Counted from the first letter of the stretch, positions 1 to 13,814 are shown. The stretch: DNA of 36,052 nucleotides from an uncultured Clostridium sp. (GCA_950059165.1 CATLUC010000004.1:1-36052); one strand, 5' to 3'. Numbers and translations are program-made. The notes: a model not told the origin generated them from the letters alone.

Positions 1-100
1 AGCAAAAATAAGACAGGTTTTGAATTACCCAAAAGGTCATTCAGTGCCTGTCCCAATTGTGCCCAAATGGGAACAATGGTGCCTGTCCCATTTATGCCCA
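1..100. repeat. Right part of the inverted-repeat-bounded intergenic element (truncated by window edge)
   Basis: 1-55 matches 8945-8999 and 18457-18511; GTGCCTGTCCCA units at 44-55 and 79-90. Confidence 0.85.
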
Positions 101-101
101 A

Positions 102-3100
102 TTATGCCACGTATTTTTTGATTAAGATTATTCCACATACTAGTATTCCTAAGCTGCTGATTGCTAATATTGTGTATGATATGTAATCCAATGCTAGTCC
201 TGTTGGTGGTATTATTTCTACTGTTTCTGATTGGCTATCATCATATTCTGAGATGTTACTACTTGGTATGTAGTTTCCGTGGGATTGCTACTAATGATGA
301 GCCTCCTGTTTTTTTAATTTCTATTATTTCTGCATCGTTTTCTAATAGTCTTTCTTCGTTGTTTGATATTAGTTTTTGTCCTTTTAATTTTACTTTTATG
401 CTTGTGTTTTCTTTTTTGCTTGTTCCTAATGGTTTTAGTTCTTGTGATAAGACATCTATTAGAGCAATTCCTTTTATTTCGTTTAATTGTTTTTTCATTT
501 CTGATGTATTTTCTAATAGTCCTTGGCTTATTAACTCAAATTTTTTGTTTGTATTAGTTATGTATTCTCCTATTTGTTCACTTTCTACATCTGTTGTTAT
601 ACTGTTGTTTAAGTAGTCTATTACTTTGTTTGCTTGTAATGTTACTAATTGTTCTTCCTTTTCTCCATGTCCTTTTCCGTATATGTAATAGTCTTTATTG
701 ATGTATTCTAATTCACTCATGTTGACTACTTTTAATTCATATTCTGCTTCTATTTTTGCTCCTTGTGCTATTTCTGAGTCTATTTCAAATTTGACTTGTC
801 CACTTGCTCCATTTGAGTTTGGTATGTATACTGCGTGTTTTACTGGACTTTCTAATGTTCCATCTTCATTGATTTTTGTGTTTACTAATGTTGTTCCATT
901 TGCCAATGTTAATTTAACTTCACTTATTCTTTTGTCTAATGCTAATACTTGTCTTGCTCTTTCTACAATTCCAAAGTCTATGTTTTGTATCTCGTTTTTG
1001 TATTCGTCTTTTTTTACTGCATATGGACCATTCATTTTTATTTTTCCATTTTCTATTACATATTCATTTTTATGGTCTGTATTTTCTTTGTTGTATTCTA
1101 TGTTTACATTGAATGCTGGTGTGGTTGAATCCATTTGCGTAATTAGTTCTGTTTTTTCTCCATTTTCTAGTTGTATTTCTCCTTCTTGGTTGTTGATTGC
1201 TTGTTTTTTTGCGTTTGTTATTATTGTTGTTTGTTCGTCTATTTGCTTTCTTGAGCCTTTTGGCAAGTTTTGCTCTTCATCATAGTTGTCAATTGCATCT
1301 GAGTATCTTGGTTCTTTTGTTTTATACCATTCTGGGTTGGTTTTTCGGTCTAGGTCTTGGTATATTGTTCCTTTATAGTCTTGTACTGTTATTTGTTTTT
1401 CTTGACCATCTATGTTTTGATATTTTTGTCCTCCCCATGTGTATATTATTTTGTATTCTTCTGGCATTATTCCTTTTATGTTGTATTCTCCCTTTTCATT
1501 TGTTGTTGTTACTGCTTGTTCCCACTTCTTTGTATTTGCATTGTATTTATTTGCTATTTTTCCAGTTTTTGTGTTTATTAGTGTTACTGTAACTCCTTCT
1601 ACTCCTGCTTCTCCTTCTTTGTATATTCCGTCTCCCTGCCTTACTTGCCCTGTTTGCAGTTCTCCGGTTAGTGCTGTCTATAAATACTGTTCCACTTACT
1701 TTTCTGTCTTCTTGTAATGTTAATGTTAGTCCTCGTGCTTTGTCTGTATCATCTTCATATGTTTTTGTGTTTTCAATTTCTATGTTTCCTGGCTGGGAGT
1801 CTTGGTCGATTCCTGCATAGGCTTTGTTGTTTTTGTCTTTTATTGAGTAAGAACTAATTTCAGCAATGTTGTCTAGTTTTGTTCCTTCTTCTAGTAGTTC
1901 TATGATTTGTTCTTCTTTTACTTCTAGTTGTACATAGATGTAGTTTGCTTTTTGTGGTTCTACTTTTAAGTTCATTTCTTTTATTTTTATTTTATGGTAG
2001 TTTTCATTATTGGATTCTACAAATTCATAGTTTAATTTGCTTGTTTCTTTGATGTCTCCATTTTCTTCTATTTCTTTTCCTACTGCTATTTTATTTGTGT
2101 TTGTTTCATATTTGCTGTCATAGTAGTCTTCTATTTCGTTTATTACTGATATTAGTGTGTTTGATGCATTTTTTACACCTATTTTATATGTTAGTTGTAC
2201 TCTTAGTTGGTCTCCGTCTTTTTTGTCTTCACAGTTTTTGTAGTATATGTCTGATGGGTATAGTGCTCTTGTGTATGATGATGTTCCATATTTTGAGCTA
2301 AGTTTTACTTGTGGACTCATATCAAATCCATTTCCACCATTTTCTGCATATAAATTAGGGTTAAATCTGTCTGCATATTTGTAGATGTGTTCTTTTTGGT
2401 TGATTGTTATTTTTGCTATTTCTAGGTCTTTTACTACACTCATGTCTGGCATTTCTCTTTTTTCTATTCCTAAGTTTATGTCTGCTATTTCTAAAATAGA
2501 ATTTTTTCTGATGTCTTTTTCTGTTTTTAATGCTGTTAGTGGTCCTCCATATGTATTGTATGTGTTTGCTTTTATTATGTATTGTTCATCTACTCCATCT
2601 ACTGGTCCATCTTTATTTCCTTCATATCCATAATGGTATTTGGCTTCGTTTTTGTCTTGTCTGAATAGTAAATTACTTGTGTAGTCTGTTGTTTTGTATG
2701 TTAGGTCATATTTATTTGATTTTCCATATGTTATTGTATCATAATTATTGTTGAATTCTTCTCTATTGCTTCCTTCTGAGGCTCTGTTGCTGTTTGGTTC
2801 TTGTGCTCTTGATATTTGTTCATTTGTGTATGTGTCTGCTTTTGGTGCTACATTTTTGTATGTCATACCATTGTATTGGAATTCTATGTAGTAATTTTTT
2901 AATTCGTCTATTATTATTTTTTCGAATTTGTATTCTCCATTTGTGTCTGTTTGTGTTTGTTTTATTATATTTCCCTTTGTGTCTTTTAGCTCTACTTGTA
3001 TTCCCTCTATGTTTTTGTCTGTTTCGTCTCCATATAGTCCGTTTCTTTCTTGTTCTCCTTTTCCATTTGGTTCTATGTCTTGCCATACTTTTCCAGATAG

Positions 3101-6100
3101 GTTTATGTATTTTCTTGTGTTGTATGCTGTTATTACTGTGAATTTTGATATTTCATTTTCTGTTTTGGTATCATTTGAACTTTGCCTATTTATTGTTATG
3201 TTTGCTGTTGTCCCTTTTTCTCCTGTTGACCATTTAATGTAATTTCCGTCTAGTTCATAGTTTTCGTCATTTCCTATTGTTGTTTCTTCTATTTTGTAGT
3301 TTCCATCTAATATGTTGTTTATTTCTATTGTTCCATTTTGGTCTGTTATGAATTCTGTTGCTTGGTTAAAGTCTTCTGTGTAGGTCATTGTGTTTAGGTA
3401 TGTTTTCCCTGTTACTTTTTGTTGTGCTTCATCGTTTTCATTATGTATTACTAGATATTGGTTATTACTGTTTCTTATTTTAAACCCTATGCCTTGCATT
3501 ACTATGTTACTATCTGGGTCTTTTTTTACTATTTTTAAGTTTCCTGTGTGTTTTATGTTGTTTAGTCCTACTGTTGTTATTGCTCCTGATTTTAGTATTT
3601 TTGCTTCTCCTACTTTTTTTCCATTTTCTGTTGTTAGATATCCATAGTATGGATTTTCTAGTTCTGTTATGTTGTAGGTTTGGTTTGATGCTAGGTTCTC
3701 AATAAATATTCGTCCATTTTCGTCTGTTGTTAGTGTTTGGTTTATTCCATCTCCTGTTATTTGTATTTTTACGTTTGGTAGTTTTATGTTTTTATTGTCT
3801 AGGTCTTGTTTTACAATTTCTAGGCACCCTTTAAATGTTGTCCATGTTATCATTGTTTCTCCTTTTAATTGTCCTTTCCATGGTACTATTGCTATTGTAA
3901 AGTCTGGATATGGTGAAACTTTTTGCCATTTAGATACATCTGGAAGTTCTGGTGTATATGTTTCATCTCCAACTACTGTTGCTTCTATTTCATATATTCC
4001 TGTTGATTGTCCTCCTAATTCCACTTTTGAAAGTCCTGTAAATCCATTGATTGGCACTTTTATGTAGAAAGTTTTGTTTCCACTTCCTGTTATTGTAATT
4101 GTATTTCCGTTGCTATCACAAACTATTTTATTATTTATTAATTGTCCACTTAAATTATACGCATTACATGCATAATTACTATTGCTGTCTCCGTCACATT
4201 TTGCATTAAATGGTCCATACATATAGTAGTTTCCTACTACTTTCATTGGAATTTGTGAGTTTTCGGCATCTAATTTTTTAAGTGTTCCTACACTAGGTTT
4301 TTGTATTACTTTTATTCCACTAATTCCTTTAATAAATATATCTGCATCATTGTTACAAGAATACCATATTGCTTGCCCTGGGTCACCAGCAGAATCTTTC
4401 TTAAAGCTTTGGCATCGTCCAAATCCTGTTGGACCTCCACCAAATTGTCCTCCTGGTCCTATTCCATCTAGATTGTATAAATCCCCAAGATTTAGACCCC
4501 ACCAAAATATAGTTCTCTTTGCTTGTGGTGTACGATAATTTTTTGCTTTAGCTAAAATTTCATTTACTATTGATTTGTCTAATGAATTTGCTCCTATTTC
4601 TGCATCTACTTGTATATTACTAGCTCCTAAAATAATTAAACTTGTAAATAACATCATAATTATTGGTATTTTTCTTATTTTTATACCTTTTTTAGTTACT
4701 ATTATTATTGCTAGTGCTATCAATGCTAATATTATTATACTTATAGATATGTATACAATTATACCTGTACTTACTGATATAATTATTTCTGCTTTTGATT
4801 GTTTGTTTTCTTCTATTGTTGCTATATTTGTAAATGTTCCTGTATTATTTTGCGTCATTTTTTTTGTTGCAATTAATGTTAGTTCTTTGCTTTCTCCTGG
4901 TTGTATATTTTGCCCTGAAATACTTGTATTTACTAGTTGTCCGTTGTTTACTAATTGCCCAATCTTTGTTTTCTTTAGATACAAATGTTAGGTCATTTGG
5001 TAAGTAATCAACTACTTTTTCAATTGTTCCTGCTCTTTCTCCATCATTTGTTATTTTTATTTTGTATTCAATTTTAACTGTTGCTCCATCTATTTCTTTT
5101 GCTTTTATTTCTGTTTTTACTAATTTTGCGTCTTGATAATTATATTGTTTTGTTCCACTTTTTGTTGTAACAGTCACTTTAGTTATTGTTTTATCTATTT
5201 TTAAGTTGCTTTTTTTATTTTGTACTAAACCAATGTCTTTATTAGAAACTGAATTGTTTAAGTTGCTTACTTCTATTATTCCTAATTTTAATGTTTTTCC
5301 ACCTAAGTTCATTTCTTTTTCTATTGCATCATTATTTTCATCGTCTTTAATACTATTTTGCTTATATTGCGTTATGTGATAATTATTTGTATCATATTGG
5401 AATAATACAAGATAGTCCCCTGCTTTTAAATTAGAAAAGCTATATGTTCCTTTTGCTGTGGTTTTTACACTTTCTTTTACTATGTTAGCATCTTTTCTAT
5501 CAACTAACATAACTGTCATTCCTGCTAATGTGTTTTCATTTTCTTGTCTTCTTCCATCTTCGTTTTCATCTTCCCATGCTATTCCAGATATACTATAAGT
5601 TGCATTTGGATTATTAGGATTACTTGGGTTATTTGGGTTGTTATCTTCTTTTTCTCCTGGGTTAATTATGTCATCTGGTTTTTGTACTTCTTCTTTTAAT
5701 TCATCATAATTATATGGTAAAATTGTGTGTGTTACTGTATTTGATGTTTTACTTTTTACGGTATAGCTTTCGGCTTTTACTGTGTTTTCTACTTTTGTTT
5801 TTTGATATACAGCTCCTGCCTTCGCTTTTATGTTTACTTTTATTGTTTCGTCATATGGTATTGTTAGATAAAGGTCAACATCTGCTAGCTTTTCTCCTCC
5901 TACTACTTCATATTTAGTACTGATGTCCTCTGTTACTGGTTCTAATTTGTAGTATTTTCCTGTCATTTGTTCTTGTCCATTTACGTCTTTAGTTTCTGCT
6001 TTCCAGTTTTCATATGTAACACTTACTGGTACAACATTTTTTGGTAAAAAATCAATTAAATTAACATCTATACTTTTATGTATGTGGTTTTTCCAGTTCG

Positions 6101-8641
6101 TTTTTCCTTTTTCTTTTAATGTGATTTCATATTCTATTTCTTCTCCACATTTTATTTCTTCTCCTTCTGTTACTGAAGTCATATGAACTTCAACTGTTTC
6201 AAATTCTAATAATATTCTGTTTTCATTTGAATGATATGTTTTATTATTTTCAGTAACACTTGCTGTTGATGTTAACCATATTTTGTTGTTTTCAGGTTGT
6301 TGTTCTATTGCTCTTGTATTCATCTCTCCTGCAAATATGTATGATTTTCCTGTTTCTATTTCTACATTATAAATATTATCTTTTGGTTTGTTTTCTGCGT
6401 CATATTTTGTTATTATTGAATCGTTTCCTGCATTTACATCTTCATAAAAACTTTCTGGTGTGAAAATTTCAGGTAATTTTACTTGGATGTTTACTGTTTT
6501 TTTCGTTTCACTTGTTGCTGTAAATTCATAAAGCCATATATCTTTTCCACTATACATAAACGCACCTAAAAATACTTGTACTTCAGCTGGTTCAATATTA
6601 TTATTTAATTCATAATTTGCAAGTTTCTCTTCTCCTATAAATGCTTCTATTTTGGTGTTAATTTCTTTTTTGCTTTCTCCTTCTAACAGGTTGTCTACTT
6701 TTATTTCATAAAATTCTTCTTTTGTTTGTCCTGGTTCTAATGTTTCTATTTCTATTGTTTTTTCTTTTAAGTCTTTGTTATAGTCGTATTTATATTCTCC
6801 TGCGTCACTTTTATAGTCTGCATTTAGATCTGCATATGTTGTTCCTTCTGGCACAGTTCCGATTATTTTAATATTTTCTAGTGTTTCTTCTGATGTGTTT
6901 GTAGCTTTTATATTGTATTTGATGTATTCTCCTTCATAAATGGTGTCTCCGTTTTTTATTTTTTGGTCTCCTTTTATTGGTAAGATTTCTAATTTTAGCC
7001 CATTTATGTTTGCTTTATTTTCTACTATTATTGGGTTATATGCTTGGTTTTCTAAGTTTTGCGTTTCTTGATTTTTGATTTCTTCTTGGTAGTTTTCTAG
7101 TTGTATTCCGTGTTTCTTTATTTTCAGTGTCTATCTCTTCGTTTCCTTCGTATTGGTTAGTGCATTCTAAGCCTATTTTTGCTTGTTCATTTTTTATGTC
7201 TTTTTTTAGTATTACTGTTGCTGTTATTTTTATGTTTGTTGTTAGTCCTAGCTCATTTTCACTATATTTTGTTTGTTCTCCTTCTAGGTTTGCTACTATT
7301 TGTAGTTTCCCATTTTCATCTGTTTGTGTGTATGGTTCTTGTAGTTTTAATCCATTTTCATAAAATATACTGCTGTTTTGTATTATTACTTTTTCTACTT
7401 CTTCTGGTAATTTTATTTTTATGCTTGGGTTTTTTAATAGGTTGTCTTTTGGTGTATTACTGTTTAAGTGTATGTCAAATGTTACTTCGTTTTGTTGTTT
7501 GTTTGTCCATTTTTCTTCATTTATGTCCATTGTTATATTTGTTTTTGCATCTTGTATTTCTATTGTTTTTTCATTATCTTTGTTGTATACTTGGCTGTTA
7601 TCTTGTATTCCTATTAGGTTTGTTTTTGTTATTATTTGGTTTTGTTCTATTGTTGATATTTCTGCTTTTATTTGTTTTTCATGTTCTAATAGTAATATTC
7701 CGTTCATTTTGTATTTTACTTGTTTTTATTATTAGTGCTTCTACTTCGTTTTCATAGTTAATAGTATAGTTTCCATTTTCTTCCCAATTTGTGTCTTTGT
7801 TTATTGTTTCTATTAATTCTTGGTTTTGGTTAAATATTTCAAGTTCTCCGTTTTCTCCTAATAGATTATTTAGATTATCTTTTGTTATTTTTGTACTTTT
7901 GTATATTAAATTGTTTTCATTAAATGTGTTGTTTTCTACTATTTCAAGTTTATCTTGATAACTTTTTTTACTGATTGTAATTTCTTGTTTTTCTTTATAT
8001 GTTGTATTATAATCTGTTTCATTAATTTGGTTTGATTTCATGTATCCATTATAAATTTCTTCTGTTTGATAATCAATTGATGTTAATTCCCCTACATTTT
8101 TTGAGATTTTTGCACTAAATGTTTTATTTTCTTCCTTTACTATGTCTTCTTCGTTTTCTTGTTTTATTGTTGTTTTTGTGTTTACTTGTAATGTTAATTC
8201 TCTTTCTTTTTCTTCTCCTGTGTATGTGTTGTAATTGCATATTATAACATATTCGTTATTTTGTTTTTCTGTTTCTATTGTTATTGTTCCTGTTTCTTTA
8301 TTATATTCGCTTTTTTTCTCAGTTCCATTTTGTTTGTTTATTACTTTTACATAGGTTGGATAAAGTTCGTCAATTGTATTTACTTTTACTTCTATTTGGC
8401 TATTTTGGTTGTCTTCTATAGGAGTGTGTTTTATTTGGTATTCTATCATTGTTCCTTTTTCATCTTTTTCTATTTCATAGTTTATATATTTGTCTAGGTG
8501 TGCTTCTATTTCTATTTCTTTTGCATCATTTGCAAGACTACTTTTTGGTAGCCATTTGCTTGCTAATACAGCACTTAATAGTAGTAGCACTAATATTAAT
8601 ATGTATTTTATTTTAGATTTTAAAGTTGGTTTGTTTTTCAT
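102..8641 (-). CDS. Copy A: giant surface protein (~2844 aa reconstructed) with SdrD-B/Cna-B/DUF11-like Ig repeats; needs five +1 frameshifts at CGGA (7699-7702, 7107-7110, 4940-4943, 1663-1666, 276-279)
   Basis: ORF pieces 8641-7679, 7707-7036, 6854-4845, 4984-1547 and 1467-259 are colinear with intact paralog D. Each join is exactly +1 at an in-frame CGG-A. AAGGAG RBS and N-terminal signal peptide. After the last shift it reads GNYIPSSNISEYDDSQSETVEIIPPTG-TM-KKYVA* (stop 104-102). Confidence 0.85.
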
Positions 8642-8676
8642 GTTATGTCACTCCTTTGTTATTATTTTTCTATTTT

Positions 8677-8705
8677 ACAATACTATTTTTTTTTATCTTT
8701 GTAAA
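8677..8705 (-). promoter_or_regulatory. Putative sigma-A promoter of copy A (TTTACA-17-TATTGT)
   Basis: Same hexamers and exact 17-bp spacing at three loci, upstream of an RBS. Confidence 0.55.
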
Positions 8706-8816
8706 TAGTAGGTTTTTCCATTATTTTTAGGTAGTTTCTATGTCTTTACGGATGCTCGTTTTAGGCATTTTGTGTCGTTTTATTAAGTTTTATTTACAAT
8801 TTTGTTACAATTCACA

Positions 8817-9010
8817 TTTGGGCACATTTGGGACAGGCACCGTTGTTCCCTTTTAGGCATAGATGGGACAGGCACCGTTGTTCCCCTTTTAGACATAGTT
8901 TGTCAGATATAAAATAACCAAAAAGGCTTCAAATAGTCCTTTTAAGCAAAAATAAGACAGGTTTTGAATTACCCAAAAGGTCATTCAGTGCCTGTCCCAT
9001 TTATGCCCAA
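8817..9010. repeat. ~195-bp MITE/REP-like element with imperfect ~24-bp terminal inverted repeats
   Basis: Left TTTGGGCACATTTGGGACAGGCAC, right GTGCCTGTCCCATTTATGCCCAA. The left unit GGGACAGGCACCGTTGTTCCC is duplicated. Confidence 0.75.
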
Positions 9011-12000
9011 TTATGCCACGTATTTTTTGATTAAAATTATTCCACATACTAGTATTCCTAAGCTACTGATTGCTAATATGGTATAGGCTATGTAGTCTAC
9101 GCCTAGTCCTGTCGGTGGTACTATATATACTGTTTCTGCTCTGTCATCATCTACTTCGTGTGCTGATTCATTTGGTATGTAGTTTCCGTGGGATTGTTAT
9201 TAGTGATGAGCCACCTGTTTTGCTTACTTTTATTATTTCTGCATTATTATCTAGTAGGTTTTCTTCGTTGTTTGCAAGAAGTTTGCTTCCCTTTATGTTG
9301 ATTTGCGCTGTGCTTTCTCCTACTGTTCCTTGTGGTTTTAGCTCTTTTAATAATGGGTTTTCTGTATTATTGTTGTTTTCTCCCATTAGTAGTATTCTAT
9401 TTGTTGATTTTACTGTGTCTTTTAGTTCTTCTCCAAGTAATCCTTTTTTTATTAGTTCCATTTTGTCATTTAGATTTTGTAATACTTCTCCTGTTTGGTT
9501 TATGTCTTTGTTTGTTGCTAGTCCATTGTCTATGTAATCTATTATATTGTTTGCTTTTAGGGTTACTATTTCGTTGTTGTTTGGTGTGTATTCTTTTCCT
9601 TGTCCATATATGTAATAGTCTTTGTTTATGTAGTCTAGTTCACTTATGTTTGTTACTTTTAGTCCATATTCTACTTCTAGTTTCGCTCCTTGGATTATTT
9701 CATTGTCTATTTCAAATTTGATTTGTCCATTTTCGTCTTGGTCTTTTGGAATGTATACTACGTGTCTTACTGTGTCTTCTAGTGTTCTTTCTCCTGTTTC
9801 TGAGTCTTCTTTTATTATTACGTTGCTTAATATGCTTCCGTTTGCTGCTACTAGTTTTGCATTTTTTGTAACTTTTTCTAGGGCTAATGCTTGTCTCGCT
9901 CTTTCTACTATTCCAAAATCTATATTTTGTAAGTAGTTGCTGTGTTCTTTTGTTTTTACTACATATGGCCCATTCATTTTTATTTTTCCATCTTCTAGTT
10001 CGTATTCTTGACTGCTGTCTGTTTGGTTGGTTGAGTATTCTATGTTTACTCTGAAGTTTGGTGTGGTTGAGTCCATTTGTGTGATTATTTCTACTTTTTC
10101 TCCGTTTTCTAGTTCAATTTCTCCTCCTAAGTTGTTTATTGCCTTTTTGTTGGCATTTGTTATTATGTTTGTTTGGTTATCTATTTGTTTTCTTGATCCC
10201 TTTGGTAAGTTTTGGTTTTCATCGTAGTTGTCTATTGCGTCTGAATATCTTGGTTCTCTTTCTTTATACCATTCTATGTTGTTTTGTCTTTCCTTGTTTT
10301 GATATATTGTTCCTTTGTAGTCTTGTACTGTTATTTGTTTTTCTTGTCCGTCTGTGTCTTGGTATTTTTGTCCACCCCATGTGTATATTATTTTGTATTC
10401 GTTTGGTATTATTCCTCCTATGTAGTAGTCTCCATTTTCATCTGTTGTTGTTTGTGCTATTTCCCATGTTTCCTTTGCTTCATTGTATTTGTTTGCTATT
10501 TTCTTAGTCTTTGTGTCTATTAGTGTTACTGTAACTCCTGTAACTCCTGCTTCTCCATCTTTGTATGTTCCGTCTGCTTGTCTTATTTGCCCTGTTCTTA
10601 GTTCTCTAGATGTACTATCTATAAATACTTTTCCTTCTAGTTTTCTTTCTTCTTGTAGTACTAGCATTATTCCTGGTGCTTTGTCTGTGTCATCTTCATA
10701 TGTTTTTGTGTCTCCTATTTGTATGTTTCCTGGTTCAGAATCCTTGTCTATTCCTGCATATATTTTTCCATTTTCTTTGTTTGAGTATGAGCTTATTTCT
10801 GCGACATTGTCTAGTTTTGTTCCTTCTTTTAGTATTTCTACAATTTGTTCTTCTTTTACTTCTAGTTGTACGTAGATGTGTCCCTCTTCTTGTGGTGCGA
10901 TTTCTAAGTTCATGTCTTTTATTTTTATTTTGTAATATTGGTCATTTCTAGATTCTACGAATTCATAGTTTAGTTTGCTTGTTTCTTTAACATCTCCGTT
11001 TGCTTCTATTTCTTTTCCTATTGTTATTTTTTCTGGATTTATTTCAAATTTTGCGTCATAGTAGTCATCTATTTCGTTTATTACTGAAACTAACGTTTTT
11101 GAAGCATTTTTTATTCCTATTTTGTATGTTAGGTGTACTCTTAGTGGGTCTCCTTCTTCTTGTTCTTTATAGTGAACATCTGAACTGTATAATGCTCTTG
11201 TGTATGACATTGAACTGTATTTTGATGCATATTTTACTTGTGGACTTAAGTCATATCCATTTCCACCATTTTGTTCATATAGTTCTGGTTTAAATCTGTC
11301 AGCATAGTTGTATATGTGTTCTTTTCCATTTATATTTACTTTTGCATTATTTAGGTCTTTTACTACACTCATGTCTGGCATTGCTCTTTCTAATATTCCT
11401 AAGTTGATGTTGTCCATTTCGTCTAGACCTTTTATGTATATATCATTTAATGTGTGGTCTGTTTGACCTAGGAAACCGTTTGTTTTTGTGTTTGCTGTTA
11501 TTTCATATTTTTTTGCAGTTTCTGATACTGGGTATTTTTGGTCTTGATATCCATATTTTCCACCTTCAAAGTCTAGTGTTGATTCATTGTCACTTTTTTC
11601 ATAGTTTATACTTATGTCTCCTTGTTTTCCTATCGCCTTACCTCTTTCGATTTTTTCAAACTTGTTATTGTATTCTTCTCTTTGTACTTCATCTGTTGCT
11701 TTGCTTCCATTTTCTAATCCTGGATTTAGTTTTACTGATTTATATGCCATTCCATTGTACGTAAATTCTAGGTAAGCTCCGTCTTTTAATTTTTCTATCT
11801 CTATTTCTTTAAAGTTGTATTCTCCTGTGTTTTCTTTTGTTATTGTTACTGCTGGACCGTCTACTCTTGTTTGTAATATGTTTCCTGATGCATCTTTTAG
11901 TTCTACTTTTACGTTTGCTACTTTTTTGTCTGGTGCTATTTGTGTGTCATATAAATCATCATATTCTGTTTCTTTGCCTTCTGTTGTTAAGTCTTCCCAT

Positions 12001-13814
12001 ACATATCCTGATATTTTTATGTATTTTCTTCTGTTGTTTACTATTGCTGTTACTATTTCTCTGTATTTTATTTGTACAGGGTTTCCTACTTTTAATGGTT
12101 GGTCTATACTACAATATTCGTAAGATTCACTTTCTCTTTGTACTTCATAGATTTGGCATATTATTTTTTGCTCAAAACATACTTCTTGTTTTGGTTCATA
12201 CCAAGTAGCTTCTTTTATGTTGGTTGTCCATGTGGCTGGTTCTTCGTCTAGTCCTCCTTTTGCGTATTCTTCTGCATTTTGCTTTTTGATTATGAATCTT
12301 GTGTTGTTTAGTTCTTTTTTGGTTGTGTCGTCTTGTTTTTGGATTTTTATGTATCCTCTTGGTTGGTTTTGTAATTGTACATTTATTGAGTTTCCTATGT
12401 TCATTGTAAATGGATCTCCAACTTGTAGTTTTCCTTCTTCTGTTTTGCTACATTGTTTGTAAAATCTGCTATGTGCTTGTACTTCATAGAATTGGTATCT
12501 TCCTGCTTTGTCTAATATTATGTTGTCTCCTGTTTTGTATGATGTTGCTCCTTCTATTGTGTCTGACCAACCTGTTTGTGCTGCCATTGAATTTAACCCA
12601 CCTACTACGTATTTTCCTGTGTCTAGGTTTTTTAGTACAAATCTTGCGTTTGTTAATATTGCTCCATTGTCTTTGTCTTTTTTTATTGGTACTACTACTG
12701 TTGGTGGTGGTACTGGTAATGATATTGTGTTTGGTGAGCTTTTTCCTCTTCCATAGAAGATTGCTAGGTTTTGCTCACTTCCTCCTGATTCTGATGCTAC
12801 TAGTCTTGCTTTTATTGTTCCTTTTGCTTGGCTTAATGTGATACTATTTATTTTTTTGATGTTCATTTTTCCGTTAAATACTAAATAAATTTTATTAATA
12901 GATGAGAAGCTTGTTAAATTGCTTATTGGTAGTAGCTCTCCTTCTTCTGTTGTACAATACCATTGTGGTGAAACATTTTGTGTTCTTCCATTGATATCCA
13001 CATAGTTCATTGTTATTGAGCTTACTTTTCCAAGAATGTCTAAACGATATGGTCCTATTAGTGTTTGTTCGTCTCTCCAAAATACTTTTGTTGGTGTTCC
13101 ATTTTTGGCATCATTATTCATTTGTGTTGTGTTTAAACTTATTTTCCAATCTCTTGAATTTACATATTCTTGTGCACTACTGTAATATACATTCCCAACA
13201 TATTGTCCTCCATATGATGAGTAATAACGTATTTTATCATTAAATCCTCCTGTTGGATGTCCCAATTGTGCATGGAATCCTGGTATTTTAAATCTTTCTA
13301 TCCATGTCATTATTGCTTCTGTTCCCCAAAGTCCTTTTGTACTTAATGGCATACTTGCATCATGTTCATTATGACTTGTAGCATATAATATAGCATATGC
13401 TAACCAGGCATCTTTTTCTTTGTCTGTATTGTTATCTCCTATATCTATTACAGCAATTCTACGTTGGCTTCCACTTGTTAGTCCACCTGATCCTTGTTGA
13501 CCATGTCCAATACATGTTGCTCCTGTTGACCATACCATAGAATGTAAATAACCATTATGTCTATCGTCTACTGGCCAATATTCCCATCCTGTGCTTCTTA
13601 GTTGGTCTCTAGTAGGATATGTGTCTAACCATGCATCTCCATATTGGCGCATTGCTCTATATATACCATCTACTATGTTGGTTCTCCTAGGTTGAGTAGC
13701 ATCATATCTTCCACTAAGCATAAATGTTGCTGCTTTTGAATAGTTTGGAATACATATTGCAAATAGCATTATGATTATTGCTATTATTATGCTTTTTATA
13801 TTTGATTTTTTCAT
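9011..13814 (-). CDS. Copy B2: surface adhesin (C-half type, ~1600 aa reconstructed) with signal peptide, variable tip, SpaA/SdrD-B repeats and a VPPTG-TM anchor reached by a +1 shift at CGGA 9185-9188
   Basis: 1548-aa ORF with RBS AAGGAG and signal peptide ending SKA-A. The +1 frame after CCA-CGG-A gives GNYIPNESAHEVDDDRAETVYIVPPTGLGVDYIAYTILAISSLGILVCGIILIKKYVA*, homologous to the tail of D. Confidence 0.88.
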
